Assembly: GCA_951406725.2 (NCBI GenBank)
Contig: OX597826.1
Coordinates: forward strand, 72,478,001 to 72,542,000
DNA length: 64,000 bases
Direction: 5' to 3'
Source: Octopus vulgaris
Lineage: Eukaryota
The notes below the pieces were generated by a model. The model ran no database searches. It was not told the origin of the DNA and saw only the letters and a program-made list of their open reading frames with translations. The stretch's first letter is position 1. Each line of letters opens with the position of its first letter. This document shows, piece after piece, positions 52,472-64,000 of the stretch. Made by a program: the position numbers and the translations under genes.

Positions 52472-53749
52472 CAGGATGCAATGGGTAAATTGTCACCATT
52501 TTATATTTTTAATTTCGTGCATGCACATTGTTTGTTTTTGATTTTGTTGACTACACAGTATAGTAGGGTCAGTTGGGCACTGTCTGTGAGAAAACCAGCA
52601 CCATGACACAAGTCACTCTGCCAGAAATTTAGAAACGGCAAGAAGCACCAATACGAACATTTCAGAATGTTTGGGTAACAATCTGAGGACAGTGCAGAGG
52701 ATTCAGTAAGGGTTGGATGAGTCTAATGGTGATTAGGAAGGTACGGCAGCTCAGAAAACTCACTCTGATCATTCTGATAAGAAAAGAACTCCTGAATTTG
52801 TTGGTGAGGTCCAGGCCACGATTGGCAGCAAACCCTCCAAGTCAATCAGGTCCATCGCCAGGGACATGGGAGTGTCTAAGTTTCTTATTAGGCAGGTAGT
52901 GCATGAAGACATTCAGTATTCTCATACAAGATGAGAAAGGGCCACTTTTTATTCCAAGCCATCAAGGACAAGAGGAAAGACCATGCTATGAAGCTTTTGA
53001 ACAAACTCAAGCACTCCCTCCAACTGAACATGCTTTGGTTTTTCTCAGACGAGAAAAAATTCTGCCAGTATTAGATGGTGGACACACAGAAAAACCGTTG
53101 GCTTGCTATGTTCCCAAAGCATGTACCATGAATGATAAAAATCAAACATCCAGTCAACATCATGGTGTTTGGAATGATCACTAGTGATAGAGATGTTGTG
53201 CTGCTATTATCTTCCCACATGGCCTCAGACTCAATACGGAGGCTTACATCAAGTGCCTGGAGGAGGTAATTTTGCCCTTGGTCAAGAGGGTGGCTGTTGG
53301 AAGACCCTATGTCTGGCAACAGGACTCTGCACTATGCCACACAAGCAAGAGGACCCAGTCATGGCTGTCAGATAATTTCTGCAACCTAATCACCCTTAAC
53401 ATCTGGCCACCTAACTCCTCAGACTGCAACCCTCTTGGTTATTATGTGTGGGGGCACAGTTGAGCAAGAGACCAACAAAACTCCTTGTAACACCAAAGAT
53501 GAACTGAAGGCAAGGATTATGGCAGCATTCACCAACTTAAACAAAGAGACCGTTCAGAAGAGTTGCAGGAGATTCTGAAGTTGTCTGGAGGCTGTGGTTG
53601 AAGTCAATGGCAATTTTGTTGAATAAATTTACTCTTTAGTATTTCAAGACATTTTTATCTAATTTTGGTAAATATATCTGTTAAAGCGAAATGTCAGTGT
53701 CATTTTCATTTTTGCGTAATTTAGATGATAATTTATTTATCACACCCTG
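52472..53749 (+). mobile_element. Full-length decayed DD37D (maT-type) Tc1/mariner transposon
   Basis: TA TSD; imperfect TIRs CAGGATGCAATGGGTAAATTGTCA / TGATAATTTATTTATCACACCCTG; WFFSDEK and WQQD-37 residues-G (third D mutated) in WPPNSSDCNPLGY; frameshifts. Confidence 0.85.
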
Positions 53750-56700
53750 TATATATGCATCTTGTCTTTTTTTTAATTTGGTAAAAAATACAAAACAAAG
53801 ATTAATTAGAGCAAATAATCAAATATAGATTGGTTAAATAGGTTTATATTAGTAAAGTTTGATTAGTTAAAATCAGTAACACATGAACACAAGGCCAGAA
53901 AGTCTTACATGAACACAAGACCAGGGAAATTTTGGTGGAAGGCAACAGTCAATTATATTGACCCCAGGTTTGACTGGTACTTATTTTATCAACCTCCAAA
54001 AGGATGAAAGGCAAAGTCGACCTTGGTAGGATTTGAATACTTGTATTAGTAATAATATTAACATAACAAACACATGATATGGATAAGTAACAGGTGTGGA
54101 AAGCTTCAATCAACAAAAGTGTTAGAACAATATTGAGGGAAGGGAGTGAGGAACAGAAAAAAACAAGGAGATTCACAGCCTTTGTGTGTACACATGCATA
54201 TATGCTGTGTGTATTTGTGAGCGTGTATGTGTGTGTACATGTATATGTGTATCAGAACATATGTATGCATGTGTGTGTGTATGTGTGTGTACATGTAATA
54301 ATGAAAATTGTTATATGGTATAAAGTATTTATTACTTGTTTGTGTCAGTATTAAAATGTACTTGTCCAGTATAATCATCGTTATAAATGCCTCATGGTTA
54401 ATTACACAGCACAGAATACATTGTCTGTAATTTCAATGTGAAGTAGTTACATTGTGAGCAAGTAACATTATTGGTAAATTCATTGTCAGTTTTTTAAATA
54501 TTCACTGAATAAACACATCACAAAACGTTATTTAAAGCTTTTATTCAGAGGCTAAATATATTGCATTTTATTAACAAGAAGAAATTCAAAAAGAAAAATC
54601 ATTAATATTGAATTTATTATCTCTGCCTTAGCAACGGTCCATGGACAAGATATCTCAAGAACCGCTGGATGGATTCAGATGAAACTGTCAGAGACGTTTG
54701 GCCTTGTGGCTGGCACGAACTGATTAGATTTTGGGACAAGGATTCTGGATTATCTTTCCTGTTTTTTAATTTAATTTTTGAGAGCAGTCAGGTTCATATT
54801 TAGTATTATTGTTTGTGAGAGCAGTCGAGTTTATTTCAGATATTTTCATTAAAAAAAATCATCTGTGGCTAATCGTTGTGAAGATGTTGGTGTTGCCTTG
54901 GTGGAGGTTTGCATTCTCTGAGTGCTCTTCTTCAATTTATGGGTCTTTCTAATTTTGGCACAAGGACAGAAGTTCTGAGGGAGGGGGAATCTGATTACAT
55001 TGACCCCAGTGTTCAACTCATACTTATTTTATCGACCCTGAAAGGACGAAAGGCAAAGTTGATCTCAGTGAAATTTGAACTCAGAGCAGGAAGGAATGTT
55101 GCTAAGCATTATTCCTGGTGTGGTTATGATTCTGCCAGCTTGCTGCCTTCACTTAATATATAATCTTTTATCTTTTTACTGGTTTCAGTCATTGGACTGT
55201 GGTCATATTGGAGCACTCACTGCTTTGATGAGAGCAAATCAACTCTAGAACTTATTGTTTGAAGCGGACAACACACATGTATGTATGTTTGTATGTATCC
55301 ACACACAACAGGCTTCCCCACAGTTTCTGTCTACCAAATTCACTCACAAAGCGTTGGACATTTGTTCCAAGGTACTGTGTAGTGGGACTGAACCCAAAAT
55401 CACATGGCTGCAAAGTAAGCTTTTTGACCAAACACCCAAATGTCTGTGCCTTAAAAAAAAATTTCTTTTTAAGTATCACACATACAACAAAAAGATAATA
55501 AAAAGACAAATTATGAGCAATGTATCTTAAATAATTCAGTACTTTTTGACTTTGATTTTCATTGACAATGCAAATCTATCTGTACTACCATTATGCATCC
55601 TTCAATAATGAAAAGAAATTTGTCTTTGAATTTCTTTTACGTTGTCCCAGTGCCACATAAAAAGCACCTGTATTGGTACCATGTATAAAGCACCCATGCA
55701 GGTACCACGTTAAAGCACTGGTGCTGGTGCCGTGTAAAAAGCACCCAGTACACTCTGTAAAGACATTGGCATTAGGAAGGGCATCCAGCTGTAGAAATCC
55801 TGCCAGAACAAAAACAAATGGAGCCTGGTGCAGCTCTCTGGTTGGTTGGCTCCTGTCAAACCGTCCAACCCAAGGCAGCATGGAAAATGGATGTTAAATG
55901 ATGGCAATGATGATATTAAGGAAATGTGATGCATTTAATTTTGCAAATTAAAAAAGAAAAAAAAATCTTCATAGTTTAGTAATGTATTTACTTTGTGGAT
56001 ACTGACCAATCATGTATTGGTTTGCAATGGACTTACTAGCTAATCTAATTCCAGACAATGTGATGTAATTATCCCACAATGAATTTACTGTGAATTATAA
56101 ATGTGACATGTTTGTAGAGGTAGGAGTGGTAACGTCTCTCACTCTTGCCATCCATGGTGAGTCTAAGTAAGGTCTACCCTTCCCATATCTCCCATGTCAA
56201 CCGTCAGCAGGAGTGAGCTACAAGAAAGAAGTAGCTATTCTCAAATGCTACTAACTGCAGACTAACTACAGAGCACATTAGAATTCAGGCCTCCACATCC
56301 TCAAGATGAAAATTAACATTCAAGTTATTGAAAGGTAAGGGTACCAGAATTGGCAGTTGTTAGTAACAAATCTATAACCTATTGGTTTGTGGTTCAAGCC
56401 CTGTCAAGGATCAATAAAACAGAAAGAGAAATAGAAGTAGCTAGTAGTAAGAGATAGAAAGGATAAGATCTTAAATTGACTGTTTATATGGTAGATCAAT
56501 TGTCATAGCTTTCAGCTCACATTCTACAAGGTTATTGTTTAATGTCAGGTTAGTCCTGTTTGAACAAACTGATGATCAGAGGCATTCTAGCCTTGGTTAT
56601 CTAGAACTATCTCTGTTAAAAACAGCGGGGTTTAATTTAAAGGAAATCTGGCTGCTATTTCTAGCAAGTCGAAGAACCATGTAGAGACGCCTTCAATGCT

Positions 56701-56986
56701 TGAACCACCTAACATGATATTATCCCTGTGCAACCAAACTAAAAATAGACTATTTAGAGATGTGGCCTGGTTCTTTCTACACTTAGCAACCTGAGGAGGA
56801 ATCTAAAATTTATTTTCAAAGGCAGGAGAACAATGGATACAAATCTTAATAGATTCTTTTAAGGACCTCAAGAGCATGATTCTGATACTGGAGATTTGTG
56901 TTCAAGATATGAGTGAATAGTCTAACTATATACACTGGATGCTAGAAAGAAGTCTAGACAAAAACATCATTATCACACTATATATA

Positions 56987-58309
56987 TTGGGTCATCTCAT
57001 AAATAATGTGGGTTTTTTATACTTCTTTTATTTTTCAAAATTAAGATAAACAAAGTTCTTTTTTAATCTAAAATATACTCTCCTTCATTTTCTACAATAC
57101 TCTTCCATCTATCAGGTAGACTTGCAAAGCCCCTCTTCCAATATTCACTTATCTGTAACAAAATATAATCCTCCATTATTGTTCTGACCTTGTCTACAGA
57201 ATTCATATATTTTCTGTCCAAATGATTTTGAAGAATGCAAAATAAATGATAATCTGATTGGGTAATGTCTGGCGAATATGGTGGGTGGGGCATCGTTTCC
57301 CATTCACTCTGCTCTAGCCTTTGGAATGTCATCCTTGCTGTGTGTGACTGAGCATTATCCTGATGGAAGAACACCTTTTGTCTTGAAACCAAAGATGGTC
57401 AGTTTTCTTCTAGTGCTGACTTAAGCCCCTCCAGCTGCTCACATTAGATCTCTTTTGTTATCATTTGGTTTGGGTTTAAATGTTCAAAGTGGACTAAACC
57501 TTTCATATCCCACCAAACAGATAACAACACCTTACATGGGTGAAGATCTTCTTTAACCTAGGATGCAGGTATTTCTCCTTTTCCTACCCACTGTCTTTGG
57601 CACTTGACATTTTTATAGAGAACCCATTTCTTGTCACCAGTCACCATTTGGTCCAAAAATGGTTCATTCATGAGACGTGACAGCAAAGAAGAGCACACAT
57701 TCACTCTCTGCATGCAATTAGACTCAGAAAGTTTGTGGGGAACCCACTGACCTAATTTGCTGACTTTTCTAATGGCATGCAGGTGTTGATGAAAGGTTGC
57801 ATGACCAAATCCAAGCTTCTCTGCTAGTTCAACAGTTATGGTGGGATTTTGTTCCACCAGGATTTGCAGGCTGTCCTTGTTGAGCTCTACAGATCTTCCA
57901 TGACATGGCTTGTCTTCAAGGCTATAATTTCCAGCTCAGAATTTCTGGAACTACTGTTATGGCCTATTTGGTCTATTTATACAATAAATTTATGATTCAT
58001 ACTGGCTTACTTTTATTGTCTGATCCCCATATACTGCATTAATATTCCTCACACTTTCCATTGCATTGTTGCCTTTATTGAACTCAAAGCAAAGTATGTC
58101 AAATATGCTCCTTTGTCACTTTTATTATAGTTTTGAAAAAATAAACGTTAAAATTGAACTGCACTCTTCAAAACTTACACTAAGAATAAGCACAAGGTAA
58201 AATTACTACCTGCTTTTATTGCAAGCTGATGGAGGTAGTTTATCCTGTCCCCCTCTGACTTTTAGTTCATGAAGTTGAAAAAAAACGCATTATTTATGGG
58301 ATGACCCAA
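56987..58309 (-). mobile_element. Full-length decayed DD34D mariner transposon
   Basis: TA TSD; TIRs TTGGGTCATCTCATAAATAATG / CATTATTTATGGGATGACCCAA; WVPHKL, VTGDKKW, HQDNA..YSPDITQSDY with 34-residue spacing. Confidence 0.92.
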
Positions 58310-59350
58310 TAGTTTAATATAATGCTAGACATAACTATTCTTAGTTTTGATGAGGCCATTATTTTGGATTAAAATCAAAATTAAGAAGTGTATGGCAGTG
58401 GAAATTAGCTGACCAGATTGTCAAGTTTCCATAGATACTCTTCTCAAGATGATACTCTTGTAGTAGAGGCTTAACATCTTATGAATATTCTGTAATGCTT
58501 TAAAAATAGCTGAAGATGAGAAGTTTAGTGAGTTTCCACAAACAATGATTGACAGCTTCAGTTTAATTACAAATTCTGACACAAAATATTTCCATGTCTG
58601 ATGTTAACTTTGAAGCTGCAAAGTCTGCTGAAGTAAATGAACTGCATGTATGCTCTGTAGAAATTCTTTGCATTGCCAGGCAACAATTCTAATTTTCAAT
58701 AGTTTACGAACACAAAGAACAATTCAACGTACAAATTTTTTTCCAAATGACAAACTATGTATACATTAATTACTTGAATATAAATATATAAAACTGGAAA
58801 AAATTGAAATGACTTTTGTGTGTATTGTATGTTGATTTAAATTTACATACAGCTTTGTAATCTCAAAGTGGCAGTGTAGATAACAGAGTACTAAATTCGG
58901 TCTATTTATACTATAAATTTATGATCCATGCATTTGATCCAAACAAATGTGTTTAATTGTTTGTAGAGAGATCAATACCAGTTATGCACTGCTTGTGTAG
59001 CAAGTACACATTGTACCTTGGAAAGAACATTGTTGTTGGTATAATTGTTGATTTTTAGCTGTGTCACAAGGCTATAAATTTGCAAAGCAGGAGTGCCATC
59101 ACTGAACCAATCCTAGTACACTGCTGGCACTTACAGTACTCTTTACTCTTTTACTTGTTTCAGTCATTTGACTGTGGCCATGCTGGAGCACTGCCTTTAG
59201 TCGAGCAAATCGACCCTAGGACTTATTCTTTGTAAGCCTAGTACTTATTCTATCGGTCTCTTTTGCCGAACTGCTAAGTTACGGGGACGTAAACACACCA
59301 GCATCAGTTGTCAAGCGATGTTGGGGGGACAAACATATACACACACACAC

Positions 59351-59413
<63 letters not shown>

Positions 59414-60583
59414 AATATATATGACAAGCTTCTTTCAGTTTCCATCTACCAAATCCACTCACAAGGCTTTGGTTGGCCCGAGGCTATAGCAGAAGACACT
59501 TGCCCAAGGTGTCATGCAGTGGGACTGAACCCGGAACCATGTGGTTGGTAAGCAAACTACTTACCACACAGTCACTCCTGCACCTACTTGATGCTGAAGA
59601 AGGAGCAAGAACTCCAGAAATATGCTTCTACACCCATCACCCATTTTTCTATCCTCAATCGCATCGTTTACATGGGCGTATTTGTATACAAAATGTCATA
59701 ACAGATCAGTGTTGGTTCTAATTTCTATCGAAAATCTGTAACATTAAAAGCCGTTGACAACTTATACTAGCAACTTAACTTCTATTATAGCAATCAATAA
59801 AATCCTGAGCCTGTCTTAGTGGCAGAATCTAGTAATTGTGGCATCTCAATGACGGCTCAGTGATAACTTAGTGATTTTAATTATATCCTAGGATTGTGGA
59901 ATTTTGTGTAATTGGTAAGAATCAACTGAATTCAGCAGCTGATCTTGTTTCCTGGCCAAAATAGATAGTCCACATAGTCAGTCAGTCTATATATATACAT
60001 ACATATATATATAGATATATAATTACTTTCCATTTCAGTCATAAAAAAGGATTTATAAATAGAAATGGCAGATTAAGTCTTGAAAGAGTTAGTCAGATAA
60101 GCTGGAAGCTTCTTTTAATTTCAACATTTCAAAAGAAAAGCTGTGTGGCATGATGGAGATTTTGGTTGGCGATGAAGACAAATCTCTAGTAATGCTTCAA
60201 AATAAGAAAAATAAAGCAAAACGAAATTAATTTGAAGATACCTTTAAATATTCAGAATTAGTTTTTAATCAACATTATAAGTAATCAACAACTATAAATA
60301 TCTCCTATTTCTACTAAATTACTTGGCACTTAACCATAACAGCGCAATGGCTATTATATATATATATATATATATATATAAACACAAACACACATGCAAA
60401 TAACTATTCTAACAGTAAACTCTGTTAATGCATTAACCTTTGCGGTTACTGGTTGCAATGTGTAGTGGATATTACTATATATAGCTATTATCCCTGTTGT
60501 CAGGATGTTAACCATGTCAAACGTCCATAGCAACTGGCGGTATTGTGTATAGGTCACTACAGCTATATATAGGTATTACTAAC

Positions 60584-60598
60584 CTTGTTATTAACAAA
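60584..60598 (-). CDS. Candidate 15-nt microexon TTTGTTAATAACAAG
   Basis: Acceptor gttttgctcatcattttcag, donor AAG|gttagt; length a multiple of 3. Confidence 0.35.
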
Positions 60599-60769
60599 CT
60601 GAAAATGATGAGCAAAACTAAACAGAATAGTTTTGAGAATCTATGAATATTTCTTAATCAGCATTCTCTACAACAGCTAAATCTCTGACTGTGTCTGTTT
60701 GCCACATCCTTTAAACAGTCTTAACTAAAATTTCTTTTAAAAAATGCCATAACTCTAGATGTAAGATTT

Positions 60770-60821
<52 letters not shown>

Positions 60822-61046
60822 GTATGTGTATGTATGTGTGTGTGTGCATATATACACTATATAATTATACATTATATATATGCATAATATATATATATAT
60901 ATTATACATTATATATATGAATAATATATATATATATATTATACATTATATATATGAATAATATTATACATTATTATATATATATAATATTATATATATG
61001 AATAATTTTATACATTATATATATATAATATTATGCATTATATATA

Positions 61047-61090
<44 letters not shown>
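60770..61090. repeat. (TA)n-rich low-complexity tract
   Basis: Directly visible; other long (TA)n runs at ~52414-52462 and 59361-59409. Confidence 0.9.
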
Positions 61091-64000
61091 GACACATACA
61101 GACTCACATCATTGTAAACACACTGGGGGGAAGCTGTGTGGTCGAGATAGCTGCTTCCCAACCATGTGGTCTCAGGTTCAGTCTCACTGCCTAGCACACT
61201 GGGTAAGTGCTTTCTATATAGCTCTGGGGTCACCAAATCCCTATGAGTAGATTTCGTAGATGGAAACTGCAAGGAGCATCTTGTGTGTGTGTGTGTGTGT
61301 GTGTGTCTGTGTATGTGTGTGTTTGTGTGCACACCCATCTCTAGACATTATGTGTTGGTTGTAATTGAGCATCATCATTATCATCATGAAAACAAGTTTG
61401 TTTCCTGTCTTTCATGGAAAACTTATCTAGCTATGGGAAAATATTACCTTGCTTGGAAACAGGTAAGGGTTGACAACAAGAAGGGTACCTGGCTGTAGAA
61501 AATCTACCTTAACAAATTCTGTCTGATCCTTGCATGCATAGGTAAGTGTCATTGACTATTTAGCCAAATGTAATGTGTATTTATTAATATTGTTTTGAAT
61601 TAACCATCATTAACTTATATAGCCTCAAGATTTCAAGGATGTGCCTGCTTATCTTTAGAATGCTTTTGTAGGGTAGGTGTGAGAAGCCAGATATGGCAAG
61701 TAGAATATTGGGGCCAGATATGGCCGGTTTGAATGCTAAAGGGTTAATTGATGATGATGGTTACACTCACACATACTCTGTTCTTATGAAGACAGATTAT
61801 GACTCCTGATCTATTTCTCATATCAGTTTTTTTTCCAACTGAGACAAAATAAAGTTAATTTTCTGGCTATATTATGAGTTAAATCATGTAATTTGCATGG
61901 GGGCTCATTGGTGTAGCAATCTAATATAGTATGAAGCCATTGTATTAGTAGGTCATGTGATGAACACAGTCTTTCATTGGCAGAAGATAACATTCATCAA
62001 GTCAGGTGACTAACACAAAAAAAAAAAAATGTTCCTTCTCGAGCCATGCCAGGCTCATAAGGGCCGGTTTCTCGGTTTCAGTGGCATAGAAATTCCCCAC
62101 CTGGACAGGATGCCGGTCCGTCGCAGGATTACTCATTTTTGCCAGCTGAGTGGACTGCAGCAATGTGAAAATGAAGTGTTTTGCTCAAAAACACAATGCA
62201 TTGCCCAGTCCAGGAATTGAAACCACAACCTTACATTCATGACAGCAACACCCTAACCACTAAGCCACGGACCTCCACGTGACTAACAGAAACTCTTGAG
62301 CATTAATTTAAGATGGAGAATAATTTTTATAACCCTTAAATGTGTTGGTATTTCTGTGGCTGAAAGATAACTGATATTGGAATTTTTGGAATTGAGAAAG
62401 GTAAAATAGGATAAAACAAATAAATTAAAAGGAAAAAAAAACAAACAAAAAAAAAATCGGGAAAAGAGCTGAGGAGGTAGAAGTTTCAAAGTTTAGGTGG
62501 TCTGTTGTTGCTTTACAGGAAGGGTAGCATCATAGCATAGCCAACATGGGAAAAAAAGGAAACAAAGGACCACAAAACCAAAAGGTGGAGGAATGTGAAG
62601 GTAGGTTAAAAATGAGGTAGGGATAAAAATTAAAAAAAATAAAAGAAAAATACCCAAAATAACTCATCATCATCAGCATCATCACAATATTATGAGAAAT
62701 TTGTTTGCAAAGGAAAAAGACAGGTTTGAGGTAGCATTTCAGAAGAACAAAGATTTTGACAGTTATATAGATTTTGGTTATTAAAAGAAAGGTGAACAAA
62801 CTACGACAGTTTAGTAATTGGGGGAGTGAGAGCGAGAGAGAAGGGGAGCAGTACCAATGTAAGAGGTTAATAATACAAGAACCTTTATAATTAGATTTTT
62901 AGTTTCTTGTATGTTGGAGATGTTTTTATAGAATTTTTTTTGTTATTATTATTATTATTTATAAATGGTTTTAAAAATATAATTATTTAGTAAAAGGTCG
63001 ACCCAAATCCAACAGCTGGATGACCAAAGACATTCCAGTTGTGACCATCCCACCTCTATTTCAGACAGTGTACTTGGAACTATATAATCAAACATGTCCC
63101 TGTGTTTTTTTTAAAGACAGTAAGATGTGATTTGAAAGGGATTTGGTTGCTATTTCCAGTAGGTTGGGGGACAATATAAAGGCTCTCCTATGAATTTGAA
63201 CTGGTTCCTTATTGGCACAACTAATTTGATAATCTATGTGTGGTACTTACTGTAGAGTATTCCCTGCCTGAATGGTCAGATCTATTTCAACAGCTAAATT
63301 AGCAGAGTGTGCTTTCAGAGAGTTCATTGGATTGTAAAGAATAAAAAGGCTTCCTCTGTCACAATGTTAAATATTTTGAGATACAGTGTAGCATCATAGA
63401 ATGAAATGTGTGATGCAGTGTGTTGTACTTTAGCAGCTGAGAAATGTACTGGAGGCGGGGAGCCAATTGCATTTTGAATGTAATATAGTGAAGGTGCATG
63501 GCTCAGTGGTTAGAATGTTGGGCTCACAATCATGAGGTTGTGAGTTCAATTCCCGAACTGGGCTGTGTGCTGTGTTCTTGAGCAAGACACTTTATTCCAT
63601 GTTGCTCCAGTTCATTCAGCCATAGAAATGAGTTGCAGAGTTCCTGGTGCTAAGCTGCATCAGCCTTTGCCTTTCCCCTGGGTAACAACGCTGGCATGGA
63701 GAGCAGGGAGGCTGGTATGCATGGGTGGTTGCTGGTCTTCCATAATGAACCTTGCCTGGACTTCCGCCTCGATGGGAAACTTTCTAAGTGCAATCCAGTG
63801 GTCATTCGTGACTGAAGGGAGTCCTTACCCTTTAAAAGTGAAACTACCAGGGCATGTATGGAGTAGCAATTTTAGCATGCTACATGAAGAATAGTACTGA
63901 GTAGTATTGCAAGTTCCACAGGGATTCATTTTGCCTTTCATCCTTTTGGGGAGGGGAGGGGTTCGATAAAATAAGTACCAGTTGAGTACTGGGGTCCATG

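Overview
AT-rich, repeat-dense eukaryotic DNA. The SINE, microsatellite and transposon landscape resembles Octopus (coleoid cephalopod) genomic DNA; this is an inference from repeat recognition, not a database result. Almost all ORFs in the track are spurious microsatellite or SINE translations. What I can support: (1) a spliced minus-strand gene of unrecognised product, with eight exons from 23415 to 8891 joining in frame at GT-AG sites, plus candidate upstream exons including a 33-nt exon and a 15-nt microexon; (2) plus-strand exon-like segments with strong splice signals but no open frame, antisense to that gene; (3) many mobile elements: four SINE-like families, RTE/CR1/R4-like/L1-Tx1-like LINE remnants, a Penelope GIY-YIG remnant, full-length decayed DD37D and DD34D transposons, a Tc1 remnant, piggyBac/hAT/mariner MITEs, a Helitron and DINE/HINE-like elements. 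The most unusual signals are two hammerhead ribozyme candidates in introns of the gene: a type I hammerhead in a ~290-bp-arm palindrome (19821-20409), and an LTR-like TG...CA element (21465-21856) with several hammerhead core boxes. Many repeat boundaries are approximate.
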